DNA of 64,000 nucleotides, from contig NVUH01000008.1 in the NCBI GenBank assembly GCA_002401855.1, positions 21,126 through 85,125 of the forward strand, given 5' to 3'. Source of the stretch: Hyphomicrobiales bacterium. Lineage in GTDB: Bacteria; Pseudomonadota; Alphaproteobacteria; Rhizobiales; OSC116. The notes under the pieces are model-generated. The model searched no databases. It was not told the DNA's origin and worked only from the letters and a program-made list of their open reading frames with translations. The position numbers were made by a program, and so were the translations under genes. Shown here one piece after another: positions 37,035 through 46,754 of this stretch. Numbering within the stretch: position 1 is the stretch's first letter; every line of letters begins with the position of its first letter.

Positions 37035-38284
37035 TCAGCATGCGCTTCAGTTAAATACTCTGCCCACATATTGGCCAATTCTTCAGCAGTATGTTCACCC
37101 AATAAAGCTTCTTGTGATGTTTCCAAAACCAATTGGTCGCTGAAATAACCCCATTGCTCCAAATAAGATGGCATAATGGTCGGCACATATTCGGCATTGT
37201 TCAGCTCAGTGAACCAACCTGCAAATTGCTCAGTTTTAAAATGCGGATCTTGATCAGCACCTTTATGCACGGGGATCACACCCACACGTTTCGACCAGAT
37301 TGCATTATTTTCAGGTGATGACAAATGCGCCACCAAATTCCAAGATGCATCTTTAGCTTCAGTAGAATTAAACACTGACCAACCTGCATAACCAATGGTT
37401 GGGAAAGCTTTGCCAGACGGGCCAACAGGCATCGGAATGACCGCAAAATCATCTGGGCTCATCCGCTCAGCAATGGCGATTAACGCATCAGGGTCTTGGT
37501 CTAAAAATGCACAAGTACCAGAATAGAAGCCCGCAACAATTTCGTTAAAGCCCCAGTTGACAGAATCCTTAGGTGCGTAACCTTTTTGATACATGTCGAG
37601 CAAGAATTGAATGCCCTTAATTGAACCGGGTTCGTTCAAACGGCTCTTGCCATCTTCAGTGAAAAATTCATTGCTGCCGTTCATAGTGGCGGCAAACATA
37701 ATCCAACCATTGGTGCCACCACGGCTACCGCGTAAGCAATAACCCGATTTACCGGGCAATTCAGATACAGCAGCAGAAGCGGCCATAAATTCTTCCATAG
37801 TTTTCGGCGGTGCATCTACACCCGCTTCGGCCAATAGTTTTTTATTGTAGAACATGGCCCGCAAATAAAAGCCGTATGGCACAAGGTATGCCGTTTCACC
37901 ATGGCCACCATAACGCGCCATTTGCATGGTTTTGTCGGTCAATGTTGCGCCGTCAGACCAGCCTCTAATGCGGTCTTCTAAATCCATCAATTGGCCAGCT
38001 GCGGCATAAGATGCCACCCAGCTATCAGGCATTTCTACCACGTCAGGCGCGTCTCCACTTGATACCATAACGGCAAGTTTTTCAAAAGCTTGACCCCATG
38101 GCAGCGAAATCACTTCAACATCCACATCAGGGTGAGCAGCCTCATAGCTATCAACCATGGTCATCAATGTTTTGGTACGCTCTGGGCTGGTAATCACTTC
38201 AACCAATCTCAGTTTGGTGTCGGCAAATGCAGGTGCTGCAATCATCGCCACCGTGGCGGTTAACGCCATCAATATTTTTTTCAT
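37016..38284 (-). CDS. CUT1 ABC transporter substrate-binding protein
   Basis: Signal peptide MKKILMALTATVAMIAAPAFA from the ATG at 38284. About 420 aa. Confidence 0.8.
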   Translation of the reverse strand: MKKILMALTATVAMIAAPAFADTKLRLVEVITSPERTKTLMTMVDSYEAAHPDVDVEVISLPWGQAFEKLAVMVSSGDAPDVVEMPDSWVASYAAAGQLMDLEDRIRGWSDGATLTDKTMQMARYGGHGETAYLVPYGFYLRAMFYNKKLLAEAGVDAPPKTMEEFMAASAAVSELPGKSGYCLRGSRGGTNGWIMFAATMNGSNEFFTEDGKSRLNEPGSIKGIQFLLDMYQKGYAPKDSVNWGFNEIVAGFYSGTCAFLDQDPDALIAIAERMSPDDFAVIPMPVGPSGKAFPTIGYAGWSVFNSTEAKDASWNLVAHLSSPENNAIWSKRVGVIPVHKGADQDPHFKTEQFAGWFTELNNAEYVPTIMPSYLEQWGYFSDQLVLETSQEALLGEHTAEELANMWAEYLTEAHAEWMKTQ

Positions 38285-38310
38285 TTTTCCCTCTTTTTGT
38301 TGCTCATCGC

Positions 38311-39477
38311 TCACACGATGCTTTGGCTTAAGGCCGATGCAAAATCAGCCCAAAGATCTTCGACATCCTCCAACCCGATGCTCAAACGCAGCAGATTTGC
38401 AGACACATTAAATTCCTGTAAAGAGTTTTTTTCACCCGCTTGGGCGAGCGTAATTTTGGTCGGTACAATCAGACTTTCAAACCCGCCCCAGCTTACCCCC
38501 AACTTAAATATTCTTAGATGGTTGCACAATGTGCGCACATCAATTTTCGGGTCAAGCTCAACCGAAAACAAGCCTGCTCGCCCTGTTAAACCCGGCACAG
38601 ACCCGGCTTTTGGTGAGTTGATTTTGACAATATTTTCAGTTTTTTCCAACCGCTCAATAAATATATTGGCCGATTTCTGATGCGCCATCATGCGAATGTT
38701 CAAAGTTCGCAACCCACGCAGCAATAAAAACGCCTCAAATGGCGCCAATTTCCCGCCCAAAAGCGTCAACGAATGTTCGCGAATTTGGGTGATGGTTTGC
38801 TGGTTGGAAATCACCACACCCGCCACAGTGTCAGAATGGCCAGAAATATATTTTGAGGCACTATGTATGACAATGTCTATGCCCAATTCTAGCGGCCGCT
38901 GAAATATCGGTGTTGCCCAGCTATTGTCAATCAATGTGGTGCAATTATGAGCCTTAGCGTGAACTGCGACTTTACCCAAATCAACAGTTTCAAACACCAT
39001 GCTATTGGGGCTTTCCAAATAGGCCATGGTCACACCTGCCAGCAAATCGGAGTCATTTTCAAATGCCGCAACGGGATGATAGGTAACATCCACCCCCATC
39101 GGTTTTAATATATGTTCAAAAAACCTAAAACTATCTGGGTATACATTTTCAACCACAGCCAGACGATCACCAGGTTTGATAAATGCCAAAATACTCGAAG
39201 ATATCGCCGCCATGCCCGAAGCAAACGCCACCGCCGCTTCGCCACTTTCTATCTTGGCCATCATACCCTCAAAAGCACTGACAGTCGGATTTTGCACGCG
39301 GGTATATATAGGCTGATTGGTACGGCCTGTGGCACGGTCTTCAAACGCGTCATAATCCTCAAAAGTAAACAATGAAGTTTGCACAATCGGCGGCGTCACA
39401 CTGCCCGCACCATCCTCATAAACCGCCGTTAAAATAGTGGCGATAGATGGTTTTTTGTCTGCAGTATCAACGCTCAT
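38311..39477 (-). CDS. Cys/Met-metabolism PLP-dependent enzyme (cystathionine gamma-synthase / beta- or gamma-lyase family)
   Basis: 388 aa. Family blocks include TPPIVQTSLFTF and HSASKYISGHSDTVAG (PLP lysine context). It overlaps the GntR stop by 11 nt. Confidence 0.85.
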   Translation of the reverse strand: MSVDTADKKPSIATILTAVYEDGAGSVTPPIVQTSLFTFEDYDAFEDRATGRTNQPIYTRVQNPTVSAFEGMMAKIESGEAAVAFASGMAAISSSILAFIKPGDRLAVVENVYPDSFRFFEHILKPMGVDVTYHPVAAFENDSDLLAGVTMAYLESPNSMVFETVDLGKVAVHAKAHNCTTLIDNSWATPIFQRPLELGIDIVIHSASKYISGHSDTVAGVVISNQQTITQIREHSLTLLGGKLAPFEAFLLLRGLRTLNIRMMAHQKSANIFIERLEKTENIVKINSPKAGSVPGLTGRAGLFSVELDPKIDVRTLCNHLRIFKLGVSWGGFESLIVPTKITLAQAGEKNSLQEFNVSANLLRLSIGLEDVEDLWADFASALSQSIV

Positions 39478-40234
39478 TGATGATGGCTTTCACTTCAGTT
39501 TGAACAATGTCCAATATTTCCTGCATCACCCGTACGGCTTCGTCAGCATTGCCTTCAACCACATATTTAGCCAAGTTACGATGTAAAGGAATGGAAGCTT
39601 CGCCAAGCCGTGCTTCACCTAATGGTTCCACATAAATATCATTAAATACATCATGCAATTGCTTGATCATTTGACCAAATAACGGGTTACCCGAGGCCTC
39701 ATTTATCGCACCATGAAACAAAGCATCCGCCTCGCGCCAATCATCGCCCATCTCAAAATCATACATTAAAATTTCAAGCCGCGCCGAAATTAACCTACGC
39801 TGCTTTTCGTTGGCATTTATAGCCGCCAAACGTGTGGCTTCAATCTCCAAAACCGACCGTACACCATGAGTTCGAAGCAAACTTTCGGCTTCTAATTTTA
39901 GAGTGATCGGCACATAGATAGAATTAGACGAAACCTCAGCGGCGAGTATCGTGCCCGCGCCTTTATTGCGGGTGATGATGCCCATGCCCTGCCAAGATTT
40001 TAGCGCTTCACGAATGGTCGAGCGACCGACATTTAGCTTTTTCGCCAATTCATTTTCGGTTGGTAAACGATCACCAATTTTTAAACCCGCAGCTTCAATC
40101 ATTTCAATTAATGCGTCAATCACTTCCATATCTCGGGTGCGTTTTTTAATAGGCCGCAACGCGCGAATGACATTGTTATTGGCGCTTTTTTTTACGTTTT
40201 TCGCAGATTGAGGATTTTTGTTTTTAGTGTTCAT
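39467..40234 (-). CDS. GntR-family regulator (FadR/FCD subfamily)
   Basis: wHTH (LPTENELAKKLNVGRSTIREALKSW) plus an all-helical C-terminal domain. Confidence 0.85.
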   Translation of the reverse strand: MNTKNKNPQSAKNVKKSANNNVIRALRPIKKRTRDMEVIDALIEMIEAAGLKIGDRLPTENELAKKLNVGRSTIREALKSWQGMGIITRNKGAGTILAAEVSSNSIYVPITLKLEAESLLRTHGVRSVLEIEATRLAAINANEKQRRLISARLEILMYDFEMGDDWREADALFHGAINEASGNPLFGQMIKQLHDVFNDIYVEPLGEARLGEASIPLHRNLAKYVVEGNADEAVRVMQEILDIVQTEVKAIINER

Positions 40235-40267
40235 TAAAAATTCGCCCTTTTTTGTAAAATATTATCT

Positions 40268-40282
40268 CATTGTCTGACAATG
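40268..40282. promoter_or_regulatory. Candidate GntR operator (CATTGTC-T-GACAATG)
   Basis: Perfect 7-bp arms containing the FadR-type core TNGT-N-ACNA, 34-48 nt upstream of the GntR start. Confidence 0.55.
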
Positions 40283-40420
40283 TCAAATACTATGTTTTAA
40301 ATTCGTATAAAGACATTAAAATCACAACCAAAATTAACTGATTGTGAGGTTTTATTTAGGTAAAAAAATAAGTTAGGTTAAGCGTCTCGCTGCGCAATCC
40401 AATCAAATTCAGAATGGTTT

Positions 40421-40920
40421 TCAAACCGACATTTGCGCAATGGCCTCCTCAAGCGCCGCAATGTCTGCCACTTTTTCAGCAATCCCGCCTTGAGCGCCCG
40501 CATGAGCGGTAAAATCAATATCCGATGGCCGCACCAAATTCGGCGCACTATCAAGAAAATTGTTAACCGAACGACCATCCGTTGCGCCTTGCAAACGGTT
40601 GATGCACTTAAACCCACGGTTATCCAACAAAACCACAATGTCACGCTCAGGCAAAGCCATTTTCGCTCCCATGCCAGCCGCAATTTCATAGCCCATACAG
40701 GAATAGCCATATTCCATATGATAGCTGTTGGGCTTACTGGCTTTCCATAATTTTGCAACTTACCAGACAAGCGATCTGCCGCACATAATGCCACGCCATT
40801 GTCATCAAGTGAGCGTTGCACCGCCGCAATCACATCGCAAGTTTTAGACATTTGCTCAATCAAGCTCGCAAATTCCGTGGAGCTGGTTGCCTTTGCCCAA
40901 CTGATCTGGCAGCGTGCACA
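40421..40920 (-). pseudogene. iolD: iolD remnant (TPP-dependent trihydroxycyclohexane-1,2-dione hydrolase), 5'-deleted, frameshifted and internally deleted
   Basis: Frame A reads ...LIEQMSKTCDVIAAVQRSLDDNGVALCAADRLSGKLQ. Frame B then continues KLWKASKPNSYHMEYGYSCMGYEIAAGMGAKMA...LDNRGFKCINRLQ, with the frameshift near 40755-40762. The segment that should hold the GDG TPP motif is missing, and only about 160 of about 610 codons remain. Confidence 0.75.
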
Positions 40921-41028
40921 TCATTATCGATGCGTACCTTATGACGGCCATTAATCCACCCTGTCTACAGTGGCGGTGCTTACATTTTCGGCTTTGGCTA
41001 AATCGTAAATCATAGGTATTTTGGCCAT
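40921..41028 (-). pseudogene. LacI-family regulator remnant (N-terminal HTH only)
   Basis: ATG at 41028 gives MAKIPMIYDLAKAENVSTATVDRVD*. A 1-nt shift continues INGRHKVR, matching the LacI HTH pattern (..D.A..A.VS.ATVDRV.N.R). The rest of the gene is absent. The junction with the iolD remnant is approximate. Confidence 0.5.
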
Positions 41029-41148
41029 TTTTTCACTTTATTGATTTGATCACATCATCGTAAATGATGATTTGTGCAAAAATAAATTAAGCTAAGCTTG
41101 ACCGCAACCGATTTGTGTATTTCTATCTGGTAACTAGGGGAACGATAA

Positions 41149-42042
41149 ATGATTCTATACGGCACGAATCCGATTGCATGGTCAAATGATGATGACCAAA
41201 CATTAGGTCAGAATATAAGCTTAGAACAATGTCTCATCGAGACCGCCGAAATAGGTTTTGACGGCATCGAAAAAGGACATAAATTCCCCAATAATGCGCC
41301 CGACATGGTCGACACGCTCTCACCATATAGTTTAAAATTTATCTCCGGCTGGTGGTCACTTAATTTACTTAGCCATGATGCCGAGGCCGAAATTACGGTA
41401 ATGAGTGATCATCTTGACTTGCTACAGGGCTGCGGCTGCAGAGTGGCAATTTTGTGCGAAACCTCAAATGCTATTCATAGCGATAATGACCACCCACTGA
41501 CCGATAAACCAAATCTTGCCGCCAACGAGTGGGCGCAATTTGGCGCACGTCTCAGCCAAGTGGCAGCACATATTCGGCAGCGCGGCATCATACCTGTTTA
41601 TCATCATCATATGGGCACCATCGTGCAGACCGCCGATGAAATTGATTTATTAATGGCCAATACTGACGAGAATTTAAGCCTGCTACTCGATACAGGCCAC
41701 GCGTATTTTGGTGGTGCCGACCCGGCGCAAATCGCTCAAAAATATATGAACCGCATTCATCATATCCATGCCAAAAACATCCGATTGGATGTCATGCAGC
41801 ACGTGCTGACCCAAGGCTTAAGCTTTTTAGATGGCGTGCGCGAGGGCGTGTTCACCGTACCTGGCGATAAAGAGGGCTGCGTGGATTTCACATCAGTGCT
41901 CAATGTTGCTGCCCAAAATAATTATAACGGTTGGGTGGTGATTGAGGCCGGGCAAGACCCAGATGTGCGCCACCCCTATTTTTACCAAAGCATGGGTTTA
42001 AAAGCCTTAAAAGCATTTGCGCGTGATGCGGGTTTGGAATAG
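41149..42042 (+). CDS. iolE: Inosose dehydratase
   Basis: 297 aa. [20 protein letters not shown]... is the characteristic IolE start on a xylose-isomerase-like TIM barrel. Confidence 0.85.
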   Translation: MILYGTNPIAWSNDDDQTLGQNISLEQCLIETAEIGFDGIEKGHKFPNNAPDMVDTLSPYSLKFISGWWSLNLLSHDAEAEITVMSDHLDLLQGCGCRVAILCETSNAIHSDNDHPLTDKPNLAANEWAQFGARLSQVAAHIRQRGIIPVYHHHMGTIVQTADEIDLLMANTDENLSLLLDTGHAYFGGADPAQIAQKYMNRIHHIHAKNIRLDVMQHVLTQGLSFLDGVREGVFTVPGDKEGCVDFTSVLNVAAQNNYNGWVVIEAGQDPDVRHPYFYQSMGLKALKAFARDAGLE

Positions 42043-42075
42043 TCTGGCTTTACACAAGTTATTCAAGAGTGATTT

Positions 42076-42312
42076 ATGATACCCTTATTTATTTTCATTT
42101 GCGCTATTTTTGGTATTCTTTTGGCCAAATTCGTTAAGAATATGAATTTTACGCTCATCTATATTTTATTAACAGCGACAGGGCTCATATTGTTTCTGTT
42201 TGGTATTTACGTGTTCAGCGCACCGTCTATTTCGGCGGCGATCGGCTCGATTGCTTTCACTCTGGTGTTTATGGTGACATATTTGGGCGGTAAAAAACGC
42301 AACAATAAATAA
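42076..42312 (+). CDS. Small hypothetical membrane protein
   Basis: 78 aa with three hydrophobic stretches and a basic tail (GGKKRNNK). I recognise no homology. Confidence 0.35.
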   Translation: MIPLFIFICAIFGILLAKFVKNMNFTLIYILLTATGLILFLFGIYVFSAPSISAAIGSIAFTLVFMVTYLGGKKRNNK

Positions 42313-42368
42313 GTTTATTGTCATCATATTCATTCGAGTGTAACAGTCAAAAGTTTAAAAAGCAGCGG

Positions 42369-43091
42369 CTAACCGACGAAATCACTGACAAAATAACCAA
42401 TATAATAAGCCGTAGCAGAGGCTACCACGCCAATAGCCAACGTCTCCGCCCCAGATCGCCACCAGCTTGCCAGCGACCATTTGCTCTTAATCGCGCCGAT
42501 TAAAAAGAAGGCTATGACTGTGCTGATTAAAGCGGTCTCAAACGGTTTTTCGAGTCCCAAAAAATACGGCAATAGTGGTATAGAGCCAAAAATCAAAAAC
42601 GCCAAAAAAGTACTAAAACCCGACATTAACGGCGCGCGCAAATGTATCGCCAAGCCATATTCCTCAGCCAACATGGTGTTAATCCACACTTTTGGGTTGG
42701 ATGTGATGGCCGAAACCGTATCCTCCAAAGCCTGCCCGTTAAGCCCCTTAGCCGCATAAATCTGCCGTATTTCCTCACGCTCACCCTCAGGGTTTTGGTC
42801 AATATGTTTTTGCTCAATCTGCCGAAACCGCTCCAGCTCATCCACCTCAGTTTTGGTGCCGCTATAATTGCTCGCCGCCATCGAAAACCCATCCGCGATC
42901 AAGTTAGCCAAGCCCAAAACCACAATCACTTTGATCGAAAGCCCTGCTCCCACAACCCCCGCCACAATGGCAAAAGTGGTGATTGCGCCATCAATGCCGC
43001 CATAAACCCAATCCCGCAAATAATTAGGTTTATTTTCAGCGGCCAATCGGTCATGAATGGCCGCTCGCGTGTGTAAATGTTCCAATGCCAT
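42369..43091 (-). CDS. VIT1/CCC1-family iron/manganese transporter
   Basis: 240 aa. Family blocks LRDWVYGGIDGAITTFAIVAGV and the acidic cytoplasmic helix (EQKHIDQNPEGEREEIRQIY). Confidence 0.85.
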   Translation of the reverse strand: MALEHLHTRAAIHDRLAAENKPNYLRDWVYGGIDGAITTFAIVAGVVGAGLSIKVIVVLGLANLIADGFSMAASNYSGTKTEVDELERFRQIEQKHIDQNPEGEREEIRQIYAAKGLNGQALEDTVSAITSNPKVWINTMLAEEYGLAIHLRAPLMSGFSTFLAFLIFGSIPLLPYFLGLEKPFETALISTVIAFFLIGAIKSKWSLASWWRSGAETLAIGVVASATAYYIGYFVSDFVG

Positions 43092-43103
43092 TTTTTCTCC
43101 TCC

Positions 43104-44300
43104 TCATGCCTCAACAGGTGTGCCGAAAATCGCAATGACAAAGCCCAAACAGGCCAAACCAATATAAAGATAAAATCGCAAACTTCGATCGCCAGACTTA
43201 TAAGCAAAAACCGCCGCAATGATGGCCTGCAAACCATAATAAAAAGCAAAAGCGCGCGAGGCATAACTTATAATGCCAAAAATATTAACATTCCACGTCA
43301 AATAAAGCCCGATCACCACCAAAATCAAATAGGCATATTGCGGTTTTATTTTACCGCCAGTAAGCTCCGACATCAAGCCGCCAGAGCCTCCTGTATCAGC
43401 AATGGCTGCGCTAAATTGGGCACTCAACGCAGCCACAATTAGCATGGCAGGCAATATCGGCGCGACCACAACCATCATGTCAATAATCGCGGTTTCAGAC
43501 AGGCCAAAATCTTCAGGTTTAAAAATATAAGCAATCAGGCCAATATAAATAATATAAATAGCAGAGGATATATATTGGGCAAACCGCATCGAATTTATGC
43601 GGGTTATGCTGTCATATTCATCACCCAAATAACGCGATGTCTCAAAGCCTTGTATGGTGACAATCAAGCCAAAGCTCAAAGTAATCAGCGGCCAACTCAA
43701 ATCTTTAGAGGGGCTGAAAATCAGTTCATTATGCACAATATGCTCGGCATTAAACAACATCAAACCCACCAGCAAGCCAATGATAATGGCAAGTTTTAAA
43801 CTCACCGATATTTGCTCCAACCGTTCCAGCGCATGAAAACCGCGTAGCCAGCCAACCAATAGAATAAAAATCAAAATGCCACTAGTTAGGATTTTAGCAT
43901 TGGTGGCGTCAGGCATGTCGCTTAACCGCACACCAAACGCGCCAAATAGGTTCAGATAATAAGCCACTGATACAATATAAGCAAAGGCCAAAACCCATGA
44001 AGATAGAGTTTCAACATGTGCCAAATATTTACCCGTCGGTTGCGCGGCATGCATCTTAATGTTAAAGCGAATGACCATGCCAAATAAAAACCCAACAAGG
44101 CACAAAGCTGCCATGGCGACAGGTGCAAAGCCACCAAAATTCTGGGTCAATATCGGGCCTAAAATCAAAAACCCACTGCCAATAATCGACGCCAACGGCG
44201 TGATGGTGGCACGCCAGAATTTATTCTTCACCAATTTAGGCAAAAACAATAATGCGCCAACCAGCACGGTGGCCAAAACAATGATAATGTCAGTGATCAT
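43104..44300 (-). CDS. Uncharacterised polytopic membrane protein (about 11 hydrophobic segments)
   Basis: 398-aa ORF, 12 nt upstream of the VIT1 gene on the same strand. Coding is well supported by length and composition, but I cannot assign a family. Confidence 0.7.
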   Translation of the reverse strand: MITDIIIVLATVLVGALLFLPKLVKNKFWRATITPLASIIGSGFLILGPILTQNFGGFAPVAMAALCLVGFLFGMVIRFNIKMHAAQPTGKYLAHVETLSSWVLAFAYIVSVAYYLNLFGAFGVRLSDMPDATNAKILTSGILIFILLVGWLRGFHALERLEQISVSLKLAIIIGLLVGLMLFNAEHIVHNELIFSPSKDLSWPLITLSFGLIVTIQGFETSRYLGDEYDSITRINSMRFAQYISSAIYIIYIGLIAYIFKPEDFGLSETAIIDMMVVVAPILPAMLIVAALSAQFSAAIADTGGSGGLMSELTGGKIKPQYAYLILVVIGLYLTWNVNIFGIISYASRAFAFYYGLQAIIAAVFAYKSGDRSLRFYLYIGLACLGFVIAIFGTPVEA

Positions 44301-44312
44301 AATTAGCTATAT

Positions 44313-44939
44313 TTATACCTTGGTGGTGCGCAAATAAGGCCTAATCTCATTCCAACCCTGCGGAAATAAATCTTTGGCCGCCTCATTGTCAATCGATGGT
44401 GGAATGATCACGTCATCACCCAGTTTCCAGTCGGCAGGGGTGGCAATGCTTTTGGCATCGGCCAATTGCAAGGCATCAATCACCCGTAAAATTTCATCAA
44501 AATTCCGCCCGACATTCATCGGATATGTCAGAGTGAGGCGAATTTTTTTATTAGGATCAATGATAAACACCGAACGCACCGCCTGAGTGGCGCTTTCTTG
44601 TGGGTGAATCATCTCATATAATTTCGCCACTTTTAAATCTGGGTCGGCAATGATCGGAAAGGTCAGCACGGTATTTTGTGTATTGTCGACATCAATAATC
44701 CATTTTTTATGCTCGTCAACCGTATCGGTCGATAAGCCAATCGGCTTTACATTACGGTTGGCAAACTCGCCTGAAAGCTGTGCTGTGCGCCCCATTTCAG
44801 TGGTGCAAACAGGGGTAAAATCAGCAGGATGGCTAAAGAAAAATGCCCAACTATCGCCTAACCATTGATGAAAATCAATCGGGCCATTGGTGGTTTCAAC
44901 GTCAAAATTTGGGGCTGTATCGCCAATTCTAATGCTCAT
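44313..44939 (-). CDS. 1-Cys peroxiredoxin (Prx6 type)
   Basis: 208 aa. The motif FSHPADFTPVCTTE contains the peroxidatic Cys. Confidence 0.9.
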   Translation of the reverse strand: MSIRIGDTAPNFDVETTNGPIDFHQWLGDSWAFFFSHPADFTPVCTTEMGRTAQLSGEFANRNVKPIGLSTDTVDEHKKWIIDVDNTQNTVLTFPIIADPDLKVAKLYEMIHPQESATQAVRSVFIIDPNKKIRLTLTYPMNVGRNFDEILRVIDALQLADAKSIATPADWKLGDDVIIPPSIDNEAAKDLFPQGWNEIRPYLRTTKV

Positions 44940-45066
44940 TTCAGTCTCCTTGGTTTATTGTTGTATATTAGATAAAACTAATATATATCTAGTGTAACAG
45001 AATTACAATATGTAGGTGCAGGCAAATTGTCACGTCTACCCCCCACATGAATATGAAACGAATTAT

Positions 45067-45732
45067 ATGTCCCCAAATTGGATAGAACAATTTCAAGGCC
45101 TCGCCAGCTTAGATGCATCCATTAAAAGCTTAATGACACAGAAAAGCAACATTATTTCTTACGCAAAAAATAGTGTCATTTTTGGCTCTGGCAAAGCGCC
45201 AGATCATTTTTTATTATTGTTGGAAGGCACAGTGCGGGTGCAACAGCTGTCAGAAGCGGGGCGCGAAATTGTGCTTTACCGCGTGCATGCAGGCCAATCT
45301 TGCGTGCTGACCACGGCTTGTTTGCTGGCTTATGAAGATTATGCCGCCGAAGGCATTGCCGAATCCGAGGTCAAAGCGATGGCCTTACCGCGTGTGGTTT
45401 TTAATCAGCTCATCGCGCAATCAGATGAGTTTAGACGCTTTGTATTTTCGGCCTATTCACGCCGCATGACCGATTTATTCGCGGTGATTGAGGATATTGC
45501 GTTCCAACGGATGGACATTCGCTTGGCGCAAAAATTACTCGAATTGGTTGATGAAGATGCACAAATCAAATCCACCCATCAAAAAATGGCCGCCGAATTG
45601 GGCTCAGCACGCGAAGTTATATCGCGCCTCTTGCAAGAATTTCAACGCCGCAATTGGATTGCCCAAAGTCGCGGGACCATAAAATTATTAAACCGAGGAG
45701 AAATTAAAAAATTAGCCACAACAAATAGTTAG
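45067..45732 (+). CDS. Crp/Fnr-family transcriptional regulator (no FNR N-terminal Cys cluster)
   Basis: A cNMP-binding-like beta-roll followed by the HTH MAAELGSAREVISRLLQEF, which carries the FNR-type E--SR recognition motif. Start set at the ATG at 45067. Confidence 0.85.
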   Translation: MSPNWIEQFQGLASLDASIKSLMTQKSNIISYAKNSVIFGSGKAPDHFLLLLEGTVRVQQLSEAGREIVLYRVHAGQSCVLTTACLLAYEDYAAEGIAESEVKAMALPRVVFNQLIAQSDEFRRFVFSAYSRRMTDLFAVIEDIAFQRMDIRLAQKLLELVDEDAQIKSTHQKMAAELGSAREVISRLLQEFQRRNWIAQSRGTIKLLNRGEIKKLATTNS

Positions 45733-45745
45733 CTAAATATCAAAT

Positions 45746-45759
45746 TTGATGCAAATCAA
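45746..45759. promoter_or_regulatory. FNR-type box TTGAT-GCAA-ATCAA
   Basis: Perfect match to TTGAT-N4-ATCAA, with extended arms AATTTGAT/ATCAAATT. It ends 90 nt upstream of the yeeE-like ATG (box 45746-45759, ATG at 45850). Confidence 0.7.
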
Positions 45760-45849
45760 ATTGTGCATAAACCGCATTTTAGTAACAATGTCACAGAAGA
45801 ATAGTTTTTCAGCCTATAAGTATGTCGAGAAAATAACTAGGAAATTATT

Positions 45850-46281
45850 ATGGAAACACTATTCACGCCCTATCAGGCACTTGGCGGCGGCGCACTTATT
45901 GGCCTCGCATCAGTCTTATTAATGTGGACACATGGCCGCATCATGGGCGCCACAGGCATTTTAGCTGGCTTTTTCACACCCACATCAGTGGCTGATTGGG
46001 GCTGGCGTGCCGCTGTCTTGCTTGGCATGATCTCTGCACCATTGGCCTATTTGTTGGTCAGCGGCAATATGCCGGCGTTCAATGTGCCGGTTAGCACAAA
46101 TATGCTGATGATAGGTGGGGTGATTGTTGGCTTTGGCGTCACATTAGGCAGTGGCTGCACATCTGGTCATGGGGTTTGTGGCATGGCACGTTTGTCCCCC
46201 CGCTCCATCGCCGCCACTTTAACATTTATGCTCACCACCGCGGTCACCGTATATATCGTGCGCCATATTCTAGGCCTCTAA
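45850..46281 (+). CDS. YeeE/YedE-family sulfur-compound transport protein (half-size)
   Basis: 143 aa, hydrophobic. The motif GSGCTSGHGVCG is typical of the family. Confidence 0.8.
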   Translation: METLFTPYQALGGGALIGLASVLLMWTHGRIMGATGILAGFFTPTSVADWGWRAAVLLGMISAPLAYLLVSGNMPAFNVPVSTNMLMIGGVIVGFGVTLGSGCTSGHGVCGMARLSPRSIAATLTFMLTTAVTVYIVRHILGL

Positions 46282-46296
46282 ACTAAGGAATGTAAA

Positions 46297-46734
46297 ATGA
46301 AAATAATCACTGCATATATTATTGGCCTGATCTTTGGCCTCGGCATTTCAATCTCGGGCATGTCCAACCCCGCCAAAGTGTTGAATTTTTTCGATGTTGC
46401 GGGCAGTTGGGATGGCAGCTTGGGTCTCGTTATGGCCGCTGCGCTCATTTTGGCCTTCATCGGCTATAAACTGGTTTTTGCTCAAAACAAACCTTTATTC
46501 GGAGCCAATTTCTTCGTCCCTGCTAACCGCAAATTAGATACAAAATTGCTGTCTGGTTCAGCTATTTTTGGCATTGGCTGGGGTATTTCTGGCTTTTGCC
46601 CTGGCGGCTCATTGCCAGCCATTGGCAATGGCAGTGTCGAGATTATCCAATTCACCATAGCGCTCATTGTCGGCATTTTCTTGGCTAAAGCTGCGCTTAA
46701 ATTAGTCGCAGTCAAAGCGATGCCCAACTCTTAA
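46297..46734 (+). CDS. YeeE/YedE-related membrane protein (second half-size partner)
   Basis: 145 aa, hydrophobic (GWGISGFCPGG). It is the usual partner ORF of the preceding gene. Confidence 0.75.
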   Translation: MKIITAYIIGLIFGLGISISGMSNPAKVLNFFDVAGSWDGSLGLVMAAALILAFIGYKLVFAQNKPLFGANFFVPANRKLDTKLLSGSAIFGIGWGISGFCPGGSLPAIGNGSVEIIQFTIALIVGIFLAKAALKLVAVKAMPNS

Positions 46735-46754
46735 TCAAACGAAGGAGAAAAAAT

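Noticed and set aside
42318-42503. A 61-aa plus-strand ORF after the small membrane protein gene.
   Set aside because: It lies antisense to the 3' end of the VIT1 gene, has no RBS, and its composition is basic and low-complexity.
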